Shown here one piece after another: positions 1-12,719 of a DNA stretch of 64,000 nt. The translations under genes were made by a program, and so were the position numbers. Each line of letters begins with the position of its first letter. The first letter of the stretch is position 1. The notes under the pieces are model-generated. The model did no database searches. It was not told the origin of the DNA and saw only the letters and a list, made by a program, of their open reading frames with translations. This stretch comes from Octopus bimaculoides (lineage: Eukaryota): positions 94,958,449-95,022,448 of the forward strand of contig NC_068987.1 of NCBI RefSeq assembly GCF_001194135.2. The letters are read 5' to 3'.

Positions 1-46
<46 letters not shown>

Positions 47-80
47 TGTGTATGTATGTATATACATATATATATATATA
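1..80. repeat. (TA)n microsatellite
   Basis: Perfect TA dinucleotide run at 1-44 followed by a degenerate TA/TATG run. Confidence 0.95.
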
Positions 81-161
81 TAATCTGTGTGTGTTGAAGC
101 AAACAGGAAAAATGGAACTCAAAATATGGCTACACGTATATTTTTATTATTATTCAATTAT

Positions 162-290
162 TTAGCAGAAGCAAGAGAGTGACTCAGGGTCCGAGAGTTT
201 CATGCACTGGCACTTATCAAACTGATCAAGTTTGATAAATGCCAACGAACGAAACTCTCAGACACTGAGTCACTCTGCTGCTCCGGCTAA
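162..290. repeat. Imperfect ~130-bp inverted repeat (hairpin)
   Basis: 176-201 AGAGTGACTCAGGGTCCGAGAGTTTC is nearly the reverse complement of 251-276. 208-223 TGGCACTTATCAAACT pairs with 229-244 around a 5-nt loop. Confidence 0.85.
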
Positions 291-1899
291 ATATTACTAC
301 ACACACACACACACAGCCCCACATCAAGGGACTAAAAACAACATTTACCAAGTGACTACCTCCTTTTTACCAGCTCCATTAAAGAACATCAAATAGAATG
401 AAGTAAACGAAGCACAGACATACTGAGCAACTACAGGCGCCATATTTAGCTCACCGAAAGGAACAAGAATGATTAACAAAAATGCATTAGACCACTGTCT
501 GCTCACCCCCGTCTCCACATAAAACCACAAAATTCTTCTATGAAGCAAAAATAGTACCCTGTACATCATGTTAGATTGTATACAGACGACGCACAGGGAT
601 TCCCTACAGAGCGTAATAAAATTACTTAAAATGAAACAAACAGCTTGATACATAAAGAATACATTACAGTGGCGCAGCAAGTTTTAGCCCAACAGTCTGG
701 ACGATTACATGGAAACCACTTCGAAACGCCCACATACATGTACAATACACCAGAAAACTACTACAACAATAGTCTAAAACTACTCTTTCTCTCCCACCCA
801 GTCGAAACAAAGCTTAGAAACATCTACACACATTAAAAACTGTCTAATGTATTGGCATAGTGTCAGAAACTGTATAATGAGGATAGACACTGACCAAGTC
901 TACTTTCTGTGTCTTTGTTGCATCCACCATTTTGCACCCCACCACCTTACCCGTAGAATTCATTACAACAAATTATAAAAGACGGTACAACTGAGGACTA
1001 CGAGATCACTCTTCATCATTCGGTTGAGTATCAAAAGATCTCTCAATCAGGACTGACTTGGGATTGTACAACAACAATATAACAACAAGAACCTTTCTAT
1101 GTGATCGGAGAATTCGGCAGAAATAGCAGCCAAGATTTCCTCCTTCAGTCACACAAAACTATCTTATAAAAGTTGCACACATTAATTAAAATAGTTCAAG
1201 ATACACTATGTCCGAATAAACGATGCCAGCCATCGTCATATACTATCACTCCGTCACACACTGTCACTCATTACCATCAACTGTCATCTTTTAACACCCT
1301 GTGCCATGCCGCACCACCATTTGTGCCAACTACTTCCACTATCGGCCACTCACGGTCACCTATATTCTTAGCAGAAATGATAACAGAATTAATTTCCAGC
1401 AGAGGGAAAGATGCAGAGAGAGAGAGAGAGAGAGAGAAGTGGATTAAGTGAGCCTCAGAAGTGGATTAAGTGAGCCTCAACATTTGGTGGTTTCTTTTAT
1501 ATATTGAGCCCGGTAAAAGTGCAGCTTGTTGAATAGGACCTTGGTCTATTATTGATAGAAAGCATCTAAAACTGTTTGGCAACGACTGCAAAAATATAAG
1601 AGCAGCATTAACCATGCCCCACCCCTTGGTGGTGCGTGCCCATCAAGTAATGCAGACGGGTATATTCAAATTGATTTTCGCCTTCATTTCGCCAATTGTA
1701 CCAATATTAGAAATTATAACAACCAGGGAAAGACATAGGATAATAAAAACAGCAGCGCAGCGAATTTAGTAACTTGTAGAGCATACAGTTGCTAACGTTC
1801 AGATTCTGTGTTCAAATTTCTATCGAATAAAAGATCAGGCAATCAGTAGTATCGATCACATTGATCTGGAATGTCGTCTGGTGATCATCAATCGTTAGC

Positions 1900-2200
1900 A
1901 ACCTGACAATGTGGCCGGCGGAGACTTGGCGTTATCAATATAAAGACTAGTAACGGGACGACGTTCTCTGGGAAGTGGGCTTCGAACAGAATTCCCCCCC
2001 CCCCCTGGTCTGTTACTGAGGATATGAGGGCCGGGAGATACTTTGGATAATTTTCAGAAATCTTTGCTCTGACAGTGCTACTAAGCGTCACTACTGATAA
2101 GAGTTAAACTTTACAGGTACAGCAGAACTTGTAGAGTTTGTCCAAGATGCGCGCACAGCGACGAAACCATTCTGCAGATACTCGTTCAATGCTCGAGTAT
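1900..2200 (+). mobile_element. Tx1-clade LINE fragment (C-terminal zinc-knuckle region)
   Basis: Translates to CRVCPRCAHSDETILQILVQCS and aligns by eye with the 3' part of the Tx1 copy at ~30250-30550 (CSRCAQSDGTFLYALVQCS). Confidence 0.7.
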
Positions 2201-2692
2201 TACTGTTGTAATCGACAATGATTATTCAACATGTCCAAAAGGCAGATCTCAAAAACTCCATTGAATGTAAATGGCTGTGTATTCCACAGAGCACCAATGG
2301 GAATCCTCTTGAAACGTCAGTGTGACACCATTTCAACTAACGATGTTGTTCATTTAAAGAGACACTTCCTACATCCTTTCTGTCAATCCAATTTCAACTG
2401 TATCGATCCGAGGCTAAGATAAAAGACAATCTCTCAGAGGATCGCTCTCCCAATGATGAAGGGAGGAAACTTCGATCGTCCTACACCATTGCATTAAACT
2501 TCATGCACGTGACCATAAATATGCTGGTTTCTATTGGTTTGACTAAACGACTCTCTACTTTAGGAGGACGGAATGAAAACAGGCCGGAAGTTTCATCCAG
2601 TCTAGTACATGCATGGTAGTATCTATGACACTTTCAGCCATTAATGAGATAACAGTTGATAATGCAGCAAGAAGACATTGTGAGGTGTGCGC

Positions 2693-2723
<31 letters not shown>

Positions 2724-3121
2724 TGTGGTGAAATAAACGTGCTTCTAGAGATGATAACGCAAGAATTAATTGAAGGAATCAGTTCAAATGCTGAAGTACC
2801 TACTTGGAAAATTGATAGCCTTAGTGGTGGGAAGGAGAAGGAGGAGGTGAAGTGGTGCTAGAGGAAGAGGAGTTGGAAGTGTGGCTGAAAACAGTGGTGT
2901 TGAGTGATGTCTAATTTGTTGTCCCCCTCAGCTAATATATAGACGAAGGCATACTCACGTGTACATACATACACGCGCACACACATATGTATGTATATAT
3001 TTATAAACATGTGGATACACACACATACATACATTCATATATATACGCATACATGCACATATATACACACTCACTTATACATATATATGCGAATTAGATA
3101 TTAGTCATATATATATATATA

Positions 3122-3168
<47 letters not shown>

Positions 3169-3989
3169 AGCTTAAATACTTATAAATTAGAATAAAAATA
3201 AAGTAAATGATGAGATTTAGTTGGAAATGTAAGTGAAAGCTTTAAGGTATTTTATAACAGCATCGTTTTTGTAGACTGGGTGGGACATGTGGAGGTCATT
3301 GGTTGAAACCGCAGAGAAGAGAGTCCATGGCATACGTAAGGATGTCTACAGCTGTCTGAAGAAGATTTAAATAGACAGAACACAAATAGGCGATAAATAT
3401 ATAAAGAATGAGAGAGAGAGAGAGAATAAGAGAGGGAGAGAAAGGGAGAGGCAAAGTTGGCAAAGTGTTAAGAAATCAGTTGTTTGAAGAATAGTAATTG
3501 AACATTTGTATTTGCCAATGGCCAATATTTGTGGTAAATTGAGACTGCTGTAACTTTCACCTGTAATATCTTCTCGTTATTGAAATTTGTCCCTGTTCAG
3601 CATATTTCTAGCTATTGAGAAAAAAACTGTGGACAATGGCTCTTGTGGATACATGTTACCAACGGGACTGGTTTGTTACACTTCTGATGGAGGGAATTAT
3701 TAGAGATTATCAGTCTCGTAGGAAGAAACATCGTAAGTAACCGCATTGATAAAGCACCGGTACATTATGTGTGTGTATATATATATATAGTACCATCAAC
3801 ACCAAAGAGAGATAAGGAATAAACAAATTTTAGGTTAAACATATGTTTGTGACATATTTTAACTTCTAGTGGTAAATTCACTGCAGTTACTGAAGACGAA
3901 AACCCCACCCTTATGGTAAAAGGTGTAAAAACACCAAATTTGACTCGTGCCCCCAGCTCTCGGATACCCAGACGGTCGTTTCTGGTTCT

Positions 3990-4700
3990 TTAGCTTTCCT
4001 TGATGAGAAATGCCGAAGTGAGATAACTCTGGACAGTTCCAGAGCCGTAGGTATCAGGAAGACACTCGGCAAGAAATAGCATTGAAAGATGATGTTAATG
4101 AAAATGATGATAATAATGTAGATGCACCCCCAGGAAACGAAGCAGACGTAATGGGAAGAGGTACTTCACAAGAATAAGACGATGACCAACAAGACACTGT
4201 AAGGATGATGTGCCGATATATTAGATAAGACCAGGATGAAACAGACCACCAATCTGAGTTGCAAAACGAAAGCATAAGAATAATGCTGGAAAGAACATAT
4301 AGAATAAGAGATAAATGGTATGATGTGATATTGGAAGAATTGAAACAAAGAGTAGTAGCAATCTAAACAAAACTGGAAGGATATGACAACAGAAAAAAAA
4401 AACAATTCAGGTAGAATAGATTGTTTGAAGCAAATAAGGAAAAAACTGTTTCAGGAACTAAATGGGCAGTTGCACATGACAATGATACCAGATGCAAGGG
4501 AAAGCAGGGCATTCTGGGTAGAAATATGGGTCCAACCTGTAAAGCATAATGATGAAGCGGTGTGGCTGCATGAAATCCGAGAGAGGTTATGAAATATAGA
4601 AGGCCAAGACAACGGGCGACTCGACCTGAAGAAAAGTCGCGCACATATGATTGTGATGCCTGGGCCCGGTGTACCCTTATCAGACGGGTAGTCATGATGG
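3990..4700 (+). mobile_element. Dong/R4-type LINE fragment (pre-RT region)
   Basis: Frameshifted reading EELKQRVVAI..QFR.NRLFEANK.KLFQELNG..PDARESRAFWVEIW..VKHNDEAVWL, typical of R4/Dong ORFs and related to the 18780-18920 segment. Confidence 0.65.
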
Positions 4701-4754
4701 GTATACTGGGCTTCCTATATTTGTACCCTAGTGCCACTTTTATGGCATGCATTG

Positions 4755-4789
<35 letters not shown>

Positions 4790-4825
4790 AGTAATAGTAG
4801 TAGTAGCAGCAATAATAATAATAAT

Positions 4826-4928
4826 TCGATTACATCGACCTCACTACTTAACTGGTACCCATTTTACCGACCCCGAAAGATGAAATTCTGAGTCAACCTC
4901 GGCGGAATTTGAATTTCGAACGTAAGGA
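4826..4928 (-). mobile_element. tRNA-derived SINE family A, fragment
   Basis: Matches the core of the copy at 44770-44994 (CGATTACATCGACC..ACTGGTAC..CCGAAAG..GTCAACCTCGGCGGAATTTGAA). Confidence 0.75.
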
Positions 4929-4959
4929 CGAAAAAATAAATGGTATAAAAAGGCGAAAA

Positions 4960-5460
4960 ATTGCACGGCCATTTTGCAAGAGATACAAGCACAGATACAG
5001 AAGGCCGGTGGTTTCGGATGCGGAGGAGTGACCCGAAGACTGAGGCAGAAGCACGTATATGGGCGGCACAAGAATAGAAAGGGAGAACAAACTATGTGAA
5101 GAGCAGAATTGATAACACATCCAAGAACGACTACTGCTGAATATGTGGCGAGAGGGTGAAATATTGTGGCACATTGTTAGTGAAGACCTGAAATTGGCAC
5201 AACGCAAATACAATAGGTGACAGGACAATGTGGCAAGAACGGTATATGAGGAGCTTTGTGGAAATTATGGCCTGGAGACAACAGAGATGCAGTATGATCA
5301 AACCCCAGAGGGAGTTACCGAAAATTACAAAATCCTGTGAGATGCAATGATTCCGTGTCACCATCCGATTAAAAATCGGAAGCCTGAAATTGAAAAGAAA
5401 AGACATATTTGACAATTGACATAGCAGGTCCTGCTGACGACAAAATTTACCAAGAGCCTT
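4960..5460 (+). mobile_element. Dong/R4-type LINE 3' fragment (CCHC and restriction-like endonuclease region)
   Basis: Degraded NYVKSRIDNT..C.ICGE..E..WHIVSE..KLAQRKY..DNVAR..KIL.D..HPIKNRKPEI..IDIAGPAD. Confidence 0.65.
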
Positions 5461-5547
5461 GATATCTTTCTAACTTTATAAATCTGTCAAACTGTTAATT
5501 TACGACGCATGAAAATAGGTCATCAGCGTTACGTAGTATCTATGTGT

Positions 5548-5591
<44 letters not shown>

Positions 5592-5974
5592 AAAAGCACG
5601 CTTTAGAAAACGTGAAGCATATCTGTTGTCATAGTTATATAGTTATTTATTTGGAAACCTCAGCTGTGGAAACTGAGATTATATCAAAACATGCTGTTGT
5701 TCTTGCAAGTAAATAGAAAAAAAAAATAATCGAATTTCTTCTTAAAGATCTGTTTCGAGTTGTCTTTCATCAGATATCTAACTCTCTCTTTCGGCAACCT
5801 GGAGAACTTTGAATCTAAATCTCTCTCCTCTATATAGCCATATCTTATCAGGTTACAACATGAACTTGCGGGTGGTTGTTAATGTTATATGCATCAGGCG
5901 GCTACACAGCAAATTAAATAACATATAATTTATACAGAATAGGGTCAAGTTCAGCATATACGAAATATAATGTA

Positions 5975-7250
5975 TCGGGTCATCCCATAAGTTCTGTCCG
6001 ATTTTACCTTTTTTAAAATTGAATGAAATTTAATAGTTTTTAGAATGTCTAATGGAATTTAAAATTATTTTTATGCATTTGTGTACATTTAAATTAAATG
6101 TTATTTTACAGAATAATAGAATTAAAATTTCTTTGATTAAAACTCTTTCTAACATGGAAGTATCCAAAGAGCATTTGAGGCACATAATGCTTTATGAGTA
6201 CAAAAAAACGAAACTTTGCAGCCGAAGCGACTCGAAACATACACTCAGTTTATGGGAACGAATGCTTGAATGAAAGAACTTGCAGAAGAGGGTTTTCAAA
6301 ATTCAGAAGTGGAGATTTCAGCCTTGAGACGAAGATCGAGCAAGACGTCTATCTGAGTTTGAAGATAAGCTCCTTGAGACATTACTTGAAGAAAATCCTG
6401 CATTATCAGTTGAAGAATTGGAAATAAATCTTAGTTCAAACCATACAACTGTACATTGTCATCTTCAACAACTCGGAAAGGTTCCTAAACTTGGAAAATG
6501 GGTGCCTCGTGAATTGTCCAAAAGCAACTGCAAATCCCAAGTTGACATCTGTTCTTCTCTCCATTCTTTCAAGCTCATTTCACCTTTTTTGGAAAGACTT
6601 GTGACGAAAAATGGATCTTCTATTAAAATGTTAAACGTCGTAAACAATGGCTTAGTAAAAGGGAAAAAGCTCAACCACAACCGAGAAGGGGACTTCATCG
6701 AAAAAATGGTTCTTCTCTCTATCTGGTGGGATTGCAAAGGAGTAATTCACTTTGGATTGTTACCACCTAATGCAACAATCAATGCTCAAGTCTGCTGTCA
6801 GCAATTAGAGCGTTTGAACCAAGCTTTGAAGAAGAAGAGACCCGCTTTAGTGAATCGAAAAGGAGTGATGTTTCATCAGGACAATGCGTGACCCCACACT
6901 GCAAAGAACACATCACAGAATATCGAAGAGCTTGGTTGGGAAATAATTCCTCATCCAACTTATTCTCCCGACCTTACTCCTTCAGACTACCATTTGTTTC
7001 GTAGTTTACAGGATCATTTGGGGGACATAACTTTTGCAAGCCTGGAAGAGGTCGAAACTGATATTTCAGAGTTCTTCGCTTTGAAACCAAAAGAGTTTTC
7101 ATTGGTTGGATTAAAAAGCTTGTAAATAGATGGAAAAAAGTCATAAATAATCAGGGAAAGTACATTGATGATTAAATTTCAATTAAATATAACATTTGAT
7201 CACTTGTTTTCTTTATTCAAAATTCGGACAGAACTTATGGGATGACCTGA
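5975..7250 (+). mobile_element. Full-length defective mariner transposon (DD34D)
   Basis: 28-bp TIRs (5975-6002 TCGGGTCATCCCATAAGTTCTGTCCGAT and 7223-7250), a TA target duplication on both sides, and a length of 1276 bp. Confidence 0.97.
6154..7175 (+). pseudogene. Mariner transposase pseudogene
   Basis: MEVSKEHLRHIMLYEYKK start, WVPREL motif, DEKWIFY (frameshifted), QDNA*PH and YSPDLTPSDY with 34 residues between D2 and D3. Contains frameshifts and an in-frame TGA at 6889-6891. Confidence 0.93.
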
Positions 7251-7303
7251 TATATACAAGGATATTAACAAAGTTTTAAAAAATGATTGTAGTTATCTAA
7301 GAT

Positions 7304-7430
7304 GGCGAGCTGGCAGAAACGCTAGCACGCCAGGCGAAATGCTTAGCGGTATTTCGTCTCTCTTTACGTTCTGAATTCAAATTCCACCGAGGTCGACTTT
7401 ACCTTACATCCTTTCGGGGTCAATAAATTG
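7304..7430 (+). mobile_element. tRNA-derived SINE family A, 3'-truncated
   Basis: GGCGAGCTGGCAGAAACGCTAGC (A-box-like) and TTCAAATTCC (B-box-like); matches 44770-44994. Confidence 0.85.
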
Positions 7431-7878
7431 GTGGAGTGGATTATTATTTATAAGGTGGTTGTCCGAATTTTTAGAGGGCGAGTTATTTGGGGGATCACTT
7501 ATTATATCAATCGATTGGTTGTTGTGCTTTTTATTGTTATTCTTCCTAGTTTCATAGAAGGCGTCTAGCTTTTTATTGTTGATAGAGGTTATAATAGTAG
7601 CTAGGTTGCTAGTTAAGCTATGACCTATTCTAATTTTATTGCTAAAGATTTGAGTATTTGGTATTCATACTGAAGTGCTTTAAGATTTTTGTTTTTGGTG
7701 TAGATACTGTTCTCGTTATTGCAGATCGTAAAGTTATGGTTATAATTATTATTCTTCATTCTATTGTTATTTTTATTACTATTACTCTCAGCTTTGGTGG
7801 AGTTGTTCCTGTACGATTTATTTATTTATTTACCTTGATATTATCATTTCTAACGGACTTTATTGGTTCTTTGAGATG

Positions 7879-7882
<4 letters not shown>

Positions 7883-7927
<45 letters not shown>

Positions 7928-7928
7928 G
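7883..7928. repeat. (TTA)n microsatellite
   Basis: Perfect TTA run. Confidence 0.9.
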
Positions 7929-7977
7929 GTATTATCATTCCTATTATTAGTATTTCTATCGTTACAATATATATATA

Positions 7978-8193
7978 GTAGGTGTGGCTGCGTGGTAAGA
8001 AGCTTGATTCCCAATCACATGGTTCCGGGTTCAGTCCCACTGTGTGGCACCTTGGCCAAGTGTATTCAACTAGTCTTGGGCCGACCAAAGCCTTGTGAGT
8101 GGATTTGGTTGACAGAAACTGAAAGAAGCCCATCGAATTATATATGTGTGTGTGCACGCGTTTGTGTGTGTGTGTGTGTGTGTGTGCGTGTGT

Positions 8194-8233
<40 letters not shown>

Positions 8234-8309
8234 ACGTGTTTGTGTGTGTGCACGTGTTTGTGTGTGTGTATGTGTGCGTTAGCGTTTGTCCCCACGCATT
8301 GCTTGACAA
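7978..8309 (+). mobile_element. tRNA-derived SINE family B, 3'-truncated, with internal (TG)n
   Basis: TGGCTGCGTGGTAAG A-box and GGTTCAGTCCC B-box; matches 34684-35073. Ends abruptly at the Penelope-like element. Confidence 0.9.
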
Positions 8310-9810
8310 GGAACGAGGTTTGCTCCCGTTTATGCGAATTCGGTGATGGGATACTTAGAACAAAAATTCTACCAGGAAATAGAGGAGAGATACAGCACTG
8401 AATTTAGGAAGTATATTGAAAAAGCATGGAAGAGATACCTCGACGATTGCTTTATAATCTGGACAAAATCTCAAAACACTGAAAGAATTCAACACCTTCC
8501 TGAACAACCTACACCCATCCATTCAATCTACAAAGGAAATTAGCAGTACCAAATTACCATTTCTAGATATAATGGTAGTTAAAAAGAACTTTGCCATTAC
8601 CACAGATATATATTATAAACACACAGATACACACTAATACCTGAATTTTAAATCGTGCCATCCACCCCATACTAAATGTAACATCCCATACTGCTTAGCC
8701 AGAAGAATCTGTACCATTGTAGAGGATCTAAAGACCAGAAGTCAGCGCCTGATGNNNNNNNNNNGCTTAGCCAGAAGAATCTGTACCATTGTAGAGGATC
8801 TAAAGACCAGAAGTCAGCGCCTGATGGAACTGAAAGAATTTCTGCTAAAGCAAAAGTACCCGTCACTACTTATAGAAAATGGTATTCAGTGGGCTTCGAA
8901 AATACACATACAACAACTGAGGAGACCGCAAAGAAGAGAAAAACAAGAACAAATCATACCATTTATAGTGACACACAATCCATGCCACCAGAACATCTTC
9001 AATATCGCTAAAGCAAACCTACCAATCATTGCACAAAGTAAGGAATTGAGAAATATCATTACAGATCAAAGTATAACTCTCAGTAAGAGACAACCTAAAA
9101 GCTTGAAAAAGCTATTAACAAAGGCAAGATTTGACCTCAGCAACAAACATTCACTATGTCCAAATGCAATGATAGCCGATGCGGTACATGCCGATCAATC
9201 CATACCGGCCCATATATGAACACAAAAACAGGGAAAATATTCACCAACGCGAACATGAACTGCAAAAGTAGAAATCTAATCTACTGCATCAAATGTCCTA
9301 ATTGTGAAGAACTGTACGTTGGCCAGACAGGTAATGCTCTATCGGAACGCTCACGTGTGCATCGACAACAGATTAAAAACCCAGAGGCCCGCCAAATACC
9401 ACTGAGTAACCATCTGGCAACATGTGGTGGAAAAACTTTTATGATATTTCCATTTCATAAACTTTACAACCTGAATGAAATTGATAGAAAGCGGAAAGAA
9501 AAGGACTTTATTAAGAAATTCAAACCCAATCTTAACAAACAAGGATTAAATTAATCTTACTTGGGGTTTTAAAATCTTATCCCTATAACTAAAATACAAA
9601 AAGATCTCTCAAATGTCATCATTTCTAAAAAATAAACATTGAAGAATGGTTTGGCATCATCCCTAAAAGTAGCCAAACACCTACTGCTGCTGTCCAAAGG
9701 AATGTGTATAAAGGGCAATAAGACAGCCAGTCAACTACAGTTAAAACACATCTGTCAGACAGGACCTTGATGACTGCTAGAAAGCAGGAAAATATACTAG
9801 TCCGTATATA
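8310..9810 (+). mobile_element. 5'-truncated Penelope-like retroelement (RT + GIY-YIG endonuclease), defective
   Basis: [22 protein letters not shown] (RT catalytic), LPFLDIMV, SCHPPHTKCNIPY, then a Cys-rich linker and NLIYCIKCPNCEELYVGQTG (GIY-YIG). Coding ends at 9554; frameshifts present. Confidence 0.93.
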
Positions 9811-10599
9811 TATTTAATACTCAATATTTCATATATTCAATAAGACATTCAATACTTCATTTCATTTTACTATTTATATTATATATTCCATATACTATAT
9901 CCCACATTAATTTTATAAGAATATAAATAAAACATAAAAAACCACACAGAGTTGGAATTCTTTTGAGTAAAATATATATATATTTATGTATATATATGTA
10001 TATATATATATATACACACATACATAAATACATACAAAAATACCCTGTTGATGTTGCTGAAATTTCAATGAAGGATCCTTGGATCTAGGTTACAAACTGG
10101 ATCTTTCTCGTTTGGCAACAAGTATTGAAATAAATCCGAATGACATAGATACGTACATGCATGCATGTATTTCATTGGTCAGATTTCCATACCTCAAAAA
10201 TGTGAGCGGTCATACTTTTATATGCAGTATATTCCTGGTTAGGGTTTATAAAGGATTAGAACATTACCGACGTTTCACACTGAATATAATATCTGACAAT
10301 ATCAACGTTTCTTTAGAAAAGCTGTCCGGAAGTGCAAAGCATTTTTTTTTTATGCAAGAGTTAAACCCACAGTTCTGTTTTTCTTGGGGATGATAAAGAA
10401 AAAAATGAAAACAACTTACATTTTCCGGGAAGAAAGAAATGTTATCCATCTTGGGACATTGTTAGCTGTTGCTGAAGGAGTCAGCTGTATGTGAGTTTAC
10501 ATTTCCGTTCTCTAGCACGATAACGATGTCAAAATAAATTTCTATCACGAGGGCAGCAACGAAATATTTCGCTTTTTGAGTTCAGAAGGCTATTTAGAT

Positions 10600-11900
10600 C
10601 ATGTGAACATAAAAGACAGTGTTCTTTTCAATTTAGATCAATCAGAAGCTTTCGATAGGCTCGATCATCAATACTTGCTGGCAATGAATTTTGACCTCAT
10701 CTTCTTCAGTTGAATCACTACAATGTTCAGCGACATTTGACCAGTGATTCAGGCGAATAGCTAATTATCGGAATTATCCCGTACCGTGTACTCGGTCTGA
10801 CGAGGTTCAATTCTCATAACTTCAGTATGTACTGACTATTGAGTCACTACTGCGGAAACTAGAGACGCTGAGCGGCATCCCGCGCCAACAGGGTTGTGGC
10901 AGATCCGTGTCGGTATGTGTAGACGACGTCAACATCATAATGTTGAAGACCAAGCACATCGAGGTGATCAGCACTGTCCGAAAGGAAGACGAGGCGGTGA
11001 CAGGGGCAAAGCTTGACCAATTAAAATCAGTGGAACTGCTGCTCAGCACCAGAAGAGGCACATCTATGCCATCCAACAGCGTCATGGATGCTGGATAGAC
11101 GGACTGATTAAATTACCAGGAGTTATGCTTAGACCACACGTCCTTGCAAAGGTGAATGCAGTGAGTTGACGAGTATGGTGTATTGTATTGCTATCTATCC
11201 TGATCGAACTGTCGATAAACCCTAAGTAGTTAATAAAGAAAGCATTATTACAATGTAACATGCAATCGTTCAATGTCCGCGCATTAGAGACTTGTTATAT
11301 GTCAGGCAAGTGTTGTGTCGCAGAGAAGGAATCTGGCTGTCTGTCGACAGAATAGTAAATATCGAGTTTCTAACTTCGTTTGGCAGAGAAGGGCAGCAAA
11401 TCTTTCTCTGCTTAATGGCTGTTGTGAAAGAGGTGATGTGGTAGATCCATCTAAAAGATTTTAACACCGAAACTTCCCTACAAGGCCAAGTTTTTCCCAG
11501 TTTCTCCAAGCACCATTTGAATAGGAATGTGATGTTAGAGGCGGAAGTGTTGCTATTATGCATTTACGGAAAGGTGAAAGGCATTGGCAAAACTGGTGAG
11601 ATTAAAGGAACCTTCTTTGAATAAGCTTTTCTAAGTAGAAAGAAAGGAACTGGAAGTTGGTACTTCTGATATCTTGCAAGTGGTAGACTAATCCGGGAAA
11701 TTTTACGTGGGGTTTTCCCCAAATTATCTTTGTCGACTGCCTAGCTGTTGATGATATTTATATATTTTCATGAATTCTACGTTGGTATCATTTTGTTTTA
11801 TCCTTATTGCTTATTCTCTTTTCCATTGACGTAAGACCCATACATTTTGTTTGTTGTATTTCGTTTTCTGATATTGCCCTCAATGTCTTGGATCTTTAGG
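10600..11900 (+). mobile_element. Tx1-clade LINE, internally deleted RT-to-3' fragment
   Basis: FNLDQSEAFDRLDHQYL and VSVCVDDVNIIML..EAVTGAKL; similar by eye to the 30000-31700 region. Confidence 0.8.
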
Positions 11901-11984
11901 GTCAGTCAAAGAAATTATTTGTTGTGGAGGCAGAATCGTAGAATAGTCAGAGCGTGGACAAAATGCTTAACGACATTTTTCTCT

Positions 11985-12095
11985 GTTTTTTACGTGTTCT
12001 GTGCGAATCCCGCCGAGGTGAACTTTGCCCATCATCTTTCCAGGCTCAAGAAAATAAAATACTAATCATGTACTGAGGTCGACGGAATCGATTGG
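11985..12095 (+). mobile_element. Degenerate SINE family A fragment
   Basis: GCGAATCCCGCCGAGGTGAACTTTGCCCATCATC resembles the family A core. Confidence 0.55.
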
Positions 12096-12144
12096 CTGGC
12101 CTTGTGTCCAAATTAGAAAAATATTCTTGTAATTTTTCCATTGT

Positions 12145-12146
<2 letters not shown>

Positions 12147-12212
<66 letters not shown>
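12147..12212. repeat. (TAG)n microsatellite
   Basis: Perfect TAG run. Confidence 0.95.
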
Positions 12213-12719
12213 ACGGCTGTATTTCAACAACCTCATCATTATGAAGTGTTGCATTCGGTCTGCGAATGAACAGCCGCCATTGGAATGCATAATAAATATA
12301 TAAATAACAACTCAAAGAGTTTCCAGAAATAATAAAAATATTTAAAAAAAACTAGTGACTGAAAGAAATGATAAAAAAGAAAGGAATCAAATAGCTAGAA
12401 CTAAGAATTGCTGTTATAATTGTAAATGACATAGATGTCTGGAGTAAAACCTGCTCACCATACAGATGTGGCGTTGTTAGGAGATGCTTACAGAAATACA
12501 TATAAACCTATTGAATATCCTGTTATTCAGTGACGAACGGTTTTTATGTTTTATGCATAAAGACAAAATATTGATCAAATTGCCAATATACCACTCTTAA
12601 CTCCCTGGTCCACCACCAATAATTCTCTCTCCAACCTATATCTTACAGCCCCTCCTCCATCACCACCGACGACGACAACAACAATAACAATATAGCATAT
12701 AACAAAAAGAACTTCCTGA

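Noticed and set aside
1436-1479. 22-bp tandem duplication GAAGTGGATTAAGTGAGCCTCA
   Set aside because: Two copies with no spacer beside a (GA)n tract; ordinary slippage, not CRISPR-like.
3675-3740. CTGATGG...GAAAC hammerhead-like spacing
   Set aside because: Core altered and stems I and II do not pair convincingly.
8693-8826. 62-bp direct duplication inside the Penelope ORF
   Set aside because: Identical copies flank a 10-N gap, the signature of an unmerged contig overlap.
10060-10110. Second hammerhead-like remnant after the Penelope element
   Set aside because: Both conserved boxes are mutated (CAATGAA, CAAAC).
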